From contig OY843768.1 in NCBI GenBank assembly GCA_963693095.2, positions 480,001 through 544,000 on the forward strand: a stretch of 64,000 nucleotides of DNA, in the 5' to 3' direction. Shown here one piece after another: positions 30,076-39,000 of the stretch (position 1 is its first letter; the number at the start of each line of letters is the position of its first letter). Under the pieces are notes generated by a model. It was given only the letters and a program-made list of their open reading frames with translations, made no database searches and had not been told where the DNA came from. The position numbers were made by a program, and so were the translations under genes. The stretch is from Cenarchaeum sp. (lineage in GTDB: Archaea; Thermoproteota; Nitrososphaeria; Nitrososphaerales; Nitrosopumilaceae).

Positions 30076-31931
30076 AGCGTGTCACCTAGGTACTTGCTGA
30101 CGGCCGCGTCAATCTTGCGGGTCCTGGCAAACGCGATGATCCTCCCCCTGCTGACCTGGTTTTCATGCACAAGGTCCTTGATCATCTCGAGTTCGGCCTC
30201 GTACTGGACCATCTTTTTCCTCTTGACCTCAAAATACAGGTCCACCCACGATTTCTCCAGTGGCGCGACTATGGAGTTTGGAACCTTTGCGTATTCGCGT
30301 ATCGCAATGACGTTCTTGCGTGACAGCTCAAACACCGCCTCAAACTGCGCCCTTGTGGGATTGCGCAAGACGTCAAACTCGCCGTGCCCGCGTATTGCCC
30401 TCTCCAGCTGGCCTCCGGCGCCCTTGATCGTGTAGACTGTGTAGACCATCTTGTTGTACGCATAGTGCAGGTACTCTGTCAGCGTGGAGAGCCCCGTAAA
30501 CTGCATCTTGTGGGGAAATTCCCCTAGGTGGGACTGCAGGCCGGCAAGATCCCCGTGGAGGGTCTCTAGGTTCCGCGTGCGTGTCTTGCGCGCCCTTGGC
30601 GCAAGCACGCCTGCTAGGTGACTCTCCCACGCCGCATTCCTCTCCTGCACGTGCCCTGGCATGACCCCGTTGCGTGGCATCGTCTCGACCTCTAGGCGCA
30701 GCATGATGAGCAGGAGCAATGGGTTGCGAAACGCGCGAAATGTGCCACTCTGGCGATTGACTAGAATCTCTGTCACGTCCCCACGCCTCTCTATGCGGTA
30801 TACGCCCGAATCTGCGTTCTCCATCCTCATTACGGTCTTTCCAAACTTTGACTTTATGGGAATCTCCTCAATGCCGTCGATCAGCCTCTGCGACTCGGCA
30901 TCGCCGAGGCGCAAGATGCGCTGGTCGCCTGCGCTTCCGCATGAATTGACTATGGACTCGACATCGTGCTCTTTGCGCATGTGCTCTGCTGCCACCCGCA
31001 GCATCTCCCTGACTGTGCGATCAGACCTGAACGCGTCCTGCGCCTGCCGATACCCTGCACTCTCTGTCAAAAACCCCGTCTTGAATATGTTTACGGGGAC
31101 ATTGTCAAGTGACACGCTGCCGATGATCCTGGCCACCGTTGGATGCTCTGGTATGCCAAACTTTGCGTATGGCCTGATCAGCCGCCCGTTGGAGTACAGG
31201 TGTATGCCATAGTCTCCCCTGATCGAGCGCCGCCTCTGCAGCGCTATCCACCCGTTTACCGTGGTGCCATTTCCGGTCGTGAACTCTATGCCCTTCACGC
31301 TGCTGTCCTCAATGTCGGGATTCCTTGCCACGCACTGCCTCCCGTTTACCGATATGGACACGATGCCGTCCCTGATGTACGGCCCGTACCGCATGCCAAA
31401 CTCGTCCCTCAATTTCGTCGCCTGGGCTGCATAGATGGCGGCGCGAAGGCCAGATATGGCTATCTCTGTCCCGTGGGTTCTGCCCTCTGCTGCGCGGGCT
31501 GAGACCTTGATCTTGTCCCAGGAGGCACCCTTGTCCCCAAGCCACTCCTCCTCGTCATACGCGAGGACCAGCCGTTGGTCTGACCCGGCGGCCCTTGTGC
31601 CTATCGAGACCATGCTCCCCAGGGCCGACGTTGCGCTCTTTAGGCCCATCCCGAACTTGCCGATCCGGCCGTCTGGCCCTGATGACGCGCCGGCTATGGT
31701 CCATGCGCGCTCGAGGCCGCCGATATCCATGCCCCTGCCGTCATCGCGCACGGTAATGGTGCCCCCTGCATAGTCTAGCGTGACCTCGATGCTCTCGGCC
31801 TCGCCGTCGATCCTCGCATCTATCGCATTGTCGACGATCTCGGCGATGGCCTGTCCTGTGCTGTATCCTGCCATGCCCAGCTTTCTTATCAGGCTCTTGT
31901 CAGGCGTGGCGTTCACGGTGAGCTCGCTCAT
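30072..31931 (-). CDS. GHKL (MORC/HATPase_c_3-like) ATPase with C-terminal AbiEi-like antitoxin domain
   Basis: N box 'AIAEIVDNAIDA', G1 'DDGRGMD', G2 'GKFGMGLKSA', S5-like segment 'GIHLYSNGRLI'. C-terminal 'FTGLSTLTEY...VAPLEKSWVDLY' resembles the AbiEi C-terminal domain. TATA at ~31953-31961 (minus strand). Confidence 0.8.
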   Translation of the reverse strand: MSELTVNATPDKSLIRKLGMAGYSTGQAIAEIVDNAIDARIDGEAESIEVTLDYAGGTITVRDDGRGMDIGGLERAWTIAGASSGPDGRIGKFGMGLKSATSALGSMVSIGTRAAGSDQRLVLAYDEEEWLGDKGASWDKIKVSARAAEGRTHGTEIAISGLRAAIYAAQATKLRDEFGMRYGPYIRDGIVSISVNGRQCVARNPDIEDSSVKGIEFTTGNGTTVNGWIALQRRRSIRGDYGIHLYSNGRLIRPYAKFGIPEHPTVARIIGSVSLDNVPVNIFKTGFLTESAGYRQAQDAFRSDRTVREMLRVAAEHMRKEHDVESIVNSCGSAGDQRILRLGDAESQRLIDGIEEIPIKSKFGKTVMRMENADSGVYRIERRGDVTEILVNRQSGTFRAFRNPLLLLIMLRLEVETMPRNGVMPGHVQERNAAWESHLAGVLAPRARKTRTRNLETLHGDLAGLQSHLGEFPHKMQFTGLSTLTEYLHYAYNKMVYTVYTIKGAGGQLERAIRGHGEFDVLRNPTRAQFEAVFELSRKNVIAIREYAKVPNSIVAPLEKSWVDLYFEVKRKKMVQYEAELEMIKDLVHENQVSRGRIIAFARTRKIDAAVSKYLGDTL

Positions 31932-32009
31932 GCCTGAGCGGTAGGCGTCTCCTTATATATACATCAGGATTTTCGTTTAAATAGCTAAATACCTGTTTCA
32001 CCCATAATT

Positions 32010-32158
32010 CCGACAAATGGCGTATTTTCTCTACTTTGCATGATTTGCACTTTTGCCGACAAATGGCGTATTTTCTCTACTTTGCATGATTTGCACTTTT
32101 GCCGACAAATGGCGTATTTTCTCTACTTTGCATGATTTGTTCTTTTTGCCGAAAAATG
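32010..32158. repeat. 46-bp tandem direct repeat, 3 copies plus a partial copy
   Basis: Unit CCGACAAATGGCGTATTTTCTCTACTTTGCATGATTTGCACTTTTG starts at 32010, 32056 and 32102. The third copy is degenerate at its end, and a partial CCGAAAAATG follows at 32149. Confidence 0.95.
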
Positions 32159-32471
32159 CCCCGCTACCGCGGCGACTCGACGACAGACGGCCTTGTGTGG
32201 GATGCCCTGCGCTCACGCGGCATCTGCGCTAGGCGCCTATGGCCTGCGGCCGTGTGCATATCTTGCGCCCTGTGCGCATTCGTTCGGCGAGCTATCGCGT
32301 AAGGCGATTGGGTGAATATGCGTGATACGGCACTTTCGGCATGGCGCCGTGTGCCTTGAGCCCATTAGAGACCCTGTGACGCGGTAGTCGTGCCGTGCGA
32401 TGCGGCTCATCTGGTCGTGTGGGTTATGTGTGGAACTGGTGGCGCAAGCACGGCCGTGCCAATGCCTCCTG

Positions 32472-32999
32472 TCACTGCACGTCGCCTAGTGTCCCGCTTT
32501 CGATGGTCTTTATCTGGTTGCGTGTCAGGTTGACATATCTGCGTGGGTTTTGAGATCCGGGCAGTATGGCGCGTGCAATAAGTATCTCCGTTGATGCTAC
32601 TGCCCTCACCGCATTTTCGTCAATATGTCTACGATATAGCGAAATAAACAGTCTTATATTTCCGGACAAGTGTGTCATTGCCGTGTACACACGCCTGTCA
32701 TCTGGATATTCTTCTAGTGCGTCATCGATGATCTCTAGTTCCTCTTTACACTGATTTGCCAAGTTATATGCGTCTCTTATGTTAGATTTTTCTTCAGACT
32801 TTCGTGCATCGGCTGACTTGATTGATCTGTACATCTCATACACCAAAAATAAAAGTGGTGGTATTCCTGCCCAAAATACCACTTGGTTTAAAATGTTCGT
32901 CACCACCATAAATACAACAACTGCGGCAAACATGACAAACCACTCTACTTTGTACGTTTTGATGTGGTGTAGTGGATTTTTGAACTCGTGCTCACTCAT
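32472..32999 (-). CDS. Membrane protein with two N-terminal TM helices and a helical cytoplasmic domain
   Basis: Hydrophobic 'WFVMFAAVVVFMVVTNIL' and 'VVFWAGIPPLLFLVY'. Low GC. ATGA overlap with the upstream gene. Confidence 0.75.
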   Translation of the reverse strand: MSEHEFKNPLHHIKTYKVEWFVMFAAVVVFMVVTNILNQVVFWAGIPPLLFLVYEMYRSIKSADARKSEEKSNIRDAYNLANQCKEELEIIDDALEEYPDDRRVYTAMTHLSGNIRLFISLYRRHIDENAVRAVASTEILIARAILPGSQNPRRYVNLTRNQIKTIESGTLGDVQ

Positions 33000-33529
33000 G
33001 GCTCCTCCCTTTTGTTACCTATGGCATATTCAGACACCTGATCAAACGCGTCTTTGAACATGCGTTTATCATATTTCATATGGTTGTATTTCATGCGATC
33101 CGCAAATCCGTCACGTGTGGTGCCTTCATCAAGTTCGTGCAAGGCAAATGTGGCAATCTCGAGCCATTCTAAACTCTTTCCACTGACTAGTGTGATAAAC
33201 GCGTCTGACTCGTGAGGCTTGCCCTCGAACGGTGACACGCCTCCCTGTGCAAGATCACGATCCTCTAGATCTATGGCCATGTCTGCCGAAAATGCCCCAT
33301 TCTCAACAAAGTTAAACCTGTACTTTAGATCTGCTCCAAACCGCTGTGCAATGTACACGTATTTTTGCAGCATATGGCCACCAACAAACGTGTCGACATC
33401 ACTAGTGTCGTTTATCACGCGCTTTTCTACTAGATATGTGATAAACTTCATCAGCGTCCCGATGGCCTTGACTCGAGTGCGCTGTGCTGCATCATGTGCC
33501 ATGGCATGCCGGCTTGTGGTGTGCGCCAT
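32996..33529 (-). CDS. YwgA/SocA-Panacea-like protein
   Basis: 'LQKYVYIAQ..G.DLKYRF...NGAFS.D...DL' and 'LEIAT' resemble the LQKLxY...F...GPYS motif of YwgA/Panacea winged-helix proteins. Confidence 0.6.
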   Translation of the reverse strand: MAHTTSRHAMAHDAAQRTRVKAIGTLMKFITYLVEKRVINDTSDVDTFVGGHMLQKYVYIAQRFGADLKYRFNFVENGAFSADMAIDLEDRDLAQGGVSPFEGKPHESDAFITLVSGKSLEWLEIATFALHELDEGTTRDGFADRMKYNHMKYDKRMFKDAFDQVSEYAIGNKREEP

Positions 33530-33537
33530 GGGACACA

Positions 33538-35037
33538 CTATGCCTCCAGTGCGCGCTGGAGTTTCAGTCCCTGATTATACATGTCCATGCTGAGGTTCAC
33601 AAACTCCTCTTGCGATATGCCGTCCTTGGGAGAATGTGGTATCTCTTTAACTGTGTATTTCCCCCTGGCGCGCTTTTGAAACACATAGGGCGCAACCTCG
33701 CTGTCGTGGATATAGTCGTCCTTTCCATACCCGAGTTTCCTGCGCTGGGCTGCCGTCAGATTGCTGGTCTTGACAAACGTGCCAAGCTGTTCGAGGAAAA
33801 ACGCGCTATGCGTTGCCAAAAGCACGCGCACGCCGTGCCGTATGAGCCAGACTATGTGTCTTGCCAGCACAAGCTGATTCGCCGGATGCAGGTGCGCCTC
33901 GGGCTCCTCGATGATTAAAATCTCGCCCCTGTGCGCACCGTATCGCAAAAACAGGGAGAGTGGCGCGTTCTCTGCGATTCCGGCCGATGCCCTGTCCAGT
34001 GGGATATCTGAGCCCAAAAACGTGTGCCTTATTTCGGGTATTCCCAAAGGCGACTCGACTAGTGTGATTTTCCCATCAAACATGCCCTTCTCTAGGCTGT
34101 TGCCAATTTTTGAGAGGGATCCGGGTTTTGTGGCTGACAGTCTGATCACCATGCCGGCAAAATCGGCCATTATGCCATTGAGGTTTGTGCTCGGGGATGA
34201 CGGTGTGCCGGGACTGTGCTGATTTTGTATGGCGCTAGCCACAAATGGCCTGTATGCCTGCATGATGCCAGACCGCACTGCGGGGAAATAATGTGACCGT
34301 GACGGAAAATCTGCCGTGGGATTGTGCAAAATGCTCAAAATTAGCGTCAATAGCGCAATCAGGCCATAGTTATTGCCCATGTCGAGCCTTGTAATGATGC
34401 TCTCGACTGTCCTTTGGATCGTCTTGTCCAATAGGCGCTGCTTGGCGCTGTCCTTGATGCTGTGTGGTTTTGCAGGGTGGACTACAATGCCTTTGGGGGT
34501 CTTTTTTAGCGTGTACGGGATTGGCAAAGAGTTGTACTTGCCGACAATTTTTCTATCAAGGGTCAGTTTGACCCTCATGGGACTGGAGACTTTGATCTGG
34601 GAGCGCCTGGCGGTGATCCTGACGAGGCTCTTGAGTTTAGAGTTGAAATTGCGTTCAAGCTGATGCTGAAAACTGTCCTCAAAAATTGGCCGCAGCACAA
34701 CCCTGGCCACCCTGTTCACAAACTCCCCTGGGATTGCCACGGCCTCTTTTCCACGCGCCTTGTCTAGAATGGCCCCCATCTCCGACATGAGCCCCTGGAA
34801 CTCTGGCTGCCTGATGTGGCCCTCCACTAGTTCTGGAGTTGACCAACCCTGGCGATTGCGCGCATATGCGGTGAACAGGGAATGGATCAATGCTGCGGCA
34901 TATGTCTTGCCTGAACTGTTGGGACCCACAAGGATGGTGAGGGGCCTCATCTCAAAGCTTGCCCTCGATATGGGGCCAAAGTCGGCCATCTCGACCACCA
35001 TGGAAAAGTCTTGCCTGTCATCATGCGGCCTCGCCAT
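33538..35037 (-). CDS. ABC-type/AAA_21-like ATPase
   Basis: 'DFGPI', Walker A GPNSSGKT, 'ASAG', 'LIIEEPEAHLHP', 'ATHS'. Start ATG 35037 chosen from a TATA-like element at ~35060-35067. Confidence 0.87.
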   Translation of the reverse strand: MARPHDDRQDFSMVVEMADFGPISRASFEMRPLTILVGPNSSGKTYAAALIHSLFTAYARNRQGWSTPELVEGHIRQPEFQGLMSEMGAILDKARGKEAVAIPGEFVNRVARVVLRPIFEDSFQHQLERNFNSKLKSLVRITARRSQIKVSSPMRVKLTLDRKIVGKYNSLPIPYTLKKTPKGIVVHPAKPHSIKDSAKQRLLDKTIQRTVESIITRLDMGNNYGLIALLTLILSILHNPTADFPSRSHYFPAVRSGIMQAYRPFVASAIQNQHSPGTPSSPSTNLNGIMADFAGMVIRLSATKPGSLSKIGNSLEKGMFDGKITLVESPLGIPEIRHTFLGSDIPLDRASAGIAENAPLSLFLRYGAHRGEILIIEEPEAHLHPANQLVLARHIVWLIRHGVRVLLATHSAFFLEQLGTFVKTSNLTAAQRRKLGYGKDDYIHDSEVAPYVFQKRARGKYTVKEIPHSPKDGISQEEFVNLSMDMYNQGLKLQRALEA

Positions 35038-35447
35038 GGACTGGCACGTCGGGCGTGGCAAATATATCGTTTCGTCGCCCATGCGCCTGTTCTGGCCATG
35101 CCCATGCTCACACAAGCCCAAAAAATGGTGTATGGTGCGTGAACTGTTATGCGAGCCGGGCGCGCAGTCGTTGCCTGTGGCCGCCATGTGGCCAGTGATG
35201 GGCTGCCCTGCATTCCAATGTCCGCCCCGTGATGGCCGTCACCGCATGGCGTAATCGCGTATTGCGCGCGGCTGCGTGACTGCCTTGTGTGATCAGCAGG
35301 CTGGGCGGGGATTTCTGCAGGGCGCAGATCTGGAATCTCGAGCAAGGCCATGGGATTGGTCAGTCTGGCCACTTGGCCCCTATTGGAAAGCCTGGCGAAA
35401 TGCGCTATGGGGCATTGTGTCTTTCCCCAGTGTGGTGCCCACGATGG

Positions 35448-35705
35448 TCATCTCTCCATCGCCTCCTCTAGCCTGGCGAGCACCTCGTTAATTCTGGCGA
35501 TTCGCAGTCTACGTTTGACGTTCTCTGGAATGTGTCTGCGGTTTCTGGCGTGTTGCCATTGCCCCACATGTGGCTTAACTGTGTGGGCGCCATCACGTGG
35601 TGCCCATTGGCAGTCAAAGTGTTCTCTGTGCCAGAAATTTTGCCTGTTATACTCGAAAAACATGCGATCCCACTCTGCAGTCTTGCGCCTGTCGTCCCAA
35701 TCCAT
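35448..35705 (-). CDS. Possible small hypothetical protein (85 aa)
   Basis: MDWDDRRKTAEWDRMFFEYNRQNFWH..., lower-GC segment, TTAAT ~26-30 nt upstream. No recognisable family. Confidence 0.35.
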   Translation of the reverse strand: MDWDDRRKTAEWDRMFFEYNRQNFWHREHFDCQWAPRDGAHTVKPHVGQWQHARNRRHIPENVKRRLRIARINEVLARLEEAMER

Positions 35706-35984
35706 GACGCCTCTGTGCCGGGATGTGACATTAATGCCTTGCACGACACAGGGGCTTTTACCATGCGCAAATGGCAGGCTGGCCAGGAATTCCTGCCGGG
35801 CGGGCGCACCGGTGCTCCGGCAGGGTCGTGGCCGCATGTATGCTGCCGCAACGCGCACTTGGGGAAACTAGTGCCGGCGGGCACTGCGCCGGCTGCGTGC
35901 CCCGGCATGCCGCCGGGGCAGGCAGTGTGCGATCCGGGAACCCTGACTGTGATCGCCATGTCGCGCTTTGGATCTCGTTTTCAT

Positions 35985-35998
35985 GGGGGGGGGGGGGG
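35985..35998 (+). repeat. G14 homopolymer upstream of giant gene 2
   Basis: 14 consecutive G, preceded by GATCTCGTTTTCAT. Confidence 0.9.
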
Positions 35999-36024
35999 CG
36001 CGATCATTGCGCAGTGGTGGCGTA

Positions 36025-36046
36025 GATCACATGATCACATTATATA
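36025..36046 (+). promoter_or_regulatory. Promoter of giant gene 2: tandem GATCACAT x2 abutting TATA box
   Basis: GATCACAT-GATCACAT (36025-36040) runs into TTATATA (36040-36046), 30 nt before ATG 36070. Confidence 0.7.
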
Positions 36047-36069
36047 GATCGGCGCACCCATGCCCCCTA

Positions 36070-39000
36070 ATGGGTGTGGGTGGAGGTGTACTCCTAGTGT
36101 CAGCTCTAGCTGTCCTTGCGCTAGCTGCGCTCTTGCCGGGGGCGCTCCATGGCGAGGCCTGGGCCCAGACCGATCCAGATCCCGCCCCAGAGCCCGAGCC
36201 TGTCCCCTCGCTATCCTCTGCGGTGACCGTCTCGCGAGAGTCAACGAGGGTCACCTTTCCCGTAAACGTCTGGCACGGCGCCACGCCGACAGCCGGCTGG
36301 ACAGTCGATGACGGGCAGGAGCACATCGTCTTTGGCTTCGTTCGCGAGTCCGCGACGAGCTATCTCCTGCGCCACTCTGCGCTCCTGAGCACGGCCTCGA
36401 CTCCGGTGATAGGCTACGACGGGACCGGAACGTTCGTCACCGATGCGGGCGCTATGGGTGCGGGAACAGTCACGGCCACTGACGGCGTTGCGCCCGAGGT
36501 CTTTAGATTGGAATGTGACTGCAGCAATCGAGTCTTCTTGCCGCCTGCGGATCCTGTTGTGAACCCTGCCCGTCGGGGCAATACCATTACCATCACATTC
36601 TCCGAGCCCTTGAAGGAGTCGCCAGCACCCACATTTGAAATTCGGCACACCAATAGGGGCGGCGTTGGTTTACCCAACACTAGTGTCGGTGATGGATTTG
36701 ATGTTGGGGGGTCTACGGGGGATCCGCGAGTTACCCGGCATGGTGACTCTAGGTATGGCCTGTATCTTCTCAACGAGCAGGCGCCAGCCCCCCAGGGGGA
36801 TAGCTTTTATCTCAACTTCGAAGATAGGGTATATCACGTTACGACGACCAACATTGCCGACGCTCACGGCAACACCTTTGGCGGAACTATCACCACTCGC
36901 ATCTCTTGGTACGATCCTCCCACCATTGCTGAATATCGCCCCCAATACCAGCCAAGCCCCGTTGTAAATTCCCACACGTTCTCCCAGACCCAGACGCTAG
37001 TAAAGTTCTCCCAATATGTCTACCCGTTCCACCCCAATCCGCCGGATCGTGGGGTTGGTGGCACTGCTGCGGATCGTGTGCGCCACTGGACCGTAAACGA
37101 CGGCGTGAATCGCGCCGTCACCGACGTCCAGCTGCATTCGGCAACATTGACCACAGGCTGCAACTATGATCCGCCAACCACGACCCGCGGAACATACTGC
37201 TCCCTCAATCTAATTCTCACACACGCGCCGCTGGCAACCACAGGCTCGACGCCGCGCGTGTCATACACGCCGACGGGCACGGACTTTCTCGGCCAGGTCA
37301 CGCCGGCCCATCGGTGGGCTCCACGCGCAACTGCGTTTACCCATCTAGCCGAGGATTACACGCTCCCGACGCTCATCTCGTCGACCTCGACGTCTAGGAC
37401 CACAACAGAGGTCAAGTTCAGCGAGCCTGTCCAGTTTGGCACCTCGACGGCCGCACAAAGGGCAGCGCACTGGCGCGCCCTGGAGGGAACCTCGCCCAGG
37501 ACGGTCAGCGACGTGGTCATGGGGGACACGCGCGACACCATCGTCCTCGTGCACGACCCCGTCTCAACAGGCTCGCCGCCCGCACTGTCGTACGTGTCTG
37601 GCGCGTCTGAGGGTCGCGTGCGTGACATGTCAGTACACCAGCACCAGCTTACCGCACTGCCCTCACAGACGCCCTCGGACAAGATCCCGCCGGGCTTTGG
37701 CGCAGCAGTCACGTCAGCGACGTCGGTGACTGTGACCTTTGATGAGGCCATTGTGGCCGCAACTGGCACCGGCGCGCGCGCCCTGGCGGCGACTGACTGG
37801 ACAGTCGAGACCGGCTCGGTCACGGCTGCCACGGGCAACGACATTGCGGTCTCCTCGATGGCCGCAGGCACGACGCCGGGGACGTACGTCCTCACGCTGG
37901 CCTCGCCTGGCATAACCGACGAGATCGGCATGCCAGACACTGACATTGAGGCAGTCATCCACGTCACATACTCGGCCGGCGTGCCCACGCTGGTCGACTC
38001 GAAAGGCAACGCCATACTCGACGGGGAGACGGCCCGTGCGACTGACGCGTTTGCGCCAATCGTCCTGCACACCGAGACGACCTCGCCCACAACGACTGTC
38101 ATCACGCTCACCGAGCGCGTCTCGATAAAGAACGACGCAATCCCATCAACGAACGATGACACCATTGCGATAGGGCACTGGCAGGTTCGCGACACGGCCG
38201 TGCGCGCAATCTCGGCCATTGCAGTCACGGGAGACTCCACGCAGGTCACGCTCACGCACGCAACAGTGGCCGACGTGACCTCTCCGCCGTCAGTCACGTA
38301 CACGCAAGACGGCGGACAGGCCTTTGGGCGCATAATCGACGCGGGCGGAGTCGAGATGCGCAACTTTGCTGGCGGGGGCCTTGAGACGCTCATCCCGCGG
38401 ATCGTCTCGGCTACCACGACAGGCCCGCACACCGTGTCGATCGAGCTAAACAAGGACATCCGGTACGGGGATGTCACAAAGATATCCGAAACCCTCGGCC
38501 TGTGGGCAATGAATGACGGGTCTCCGGCCGACCAGCGCTACCGTGTCTCCAACGTGGCAATCCTGCCGGGAGACGCCTCGGTGCTGACCCTGACGATAAA
38601 CTCGATGACCTCGCCGCGTGACATCCCCGTATACGTCCCCTCATCACTCCTTGATGGCAGTGCACTTAAGCTCAGCTACAACAATCCCATGCCGTCACAG
38701 GAAAGCCTCTACAGGGACTTGCGCCTTGATGATTCGCGTGGAATTCCGCTTGTGTACAGGGAGGACGTCCTCGTCTCAGACGGCATCGCCCCACAGATCA
38801 CCTCGGCGTCATTTGCGTCACATGACGCCTCGACATCACCGGCCACGGGAACCATAGAGGTGACGTTTGACGAGAATGTCAGGATCGCCACCGGCATGAC
38901 TGCCATGCCGTCTGACTGGACGCTCACCGGCGGAACCACGAACACGGCGACATCCGTGTCAGTCACGTCATACTCGATCTCGGGAAACAAGGCGACGATA

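Noticed and set aside
32010-32158. CRISPR array
   Set aside because: Units are directly adjacent with no unique spacers, and there are no cas genes in the window.
35038-35447. N-terminal extension of the ATPase to 35187 and short overlapping ORFs
   Set aside because: The paralogue alignment and TATA position favour the start at 35037. The other ORFs have no motifs.
28944-36069. Integrated mobile element (IS, provirus or transposon)
   Set aside because: No integrase, transposase, terminal inverted repeats or att duplication seen.
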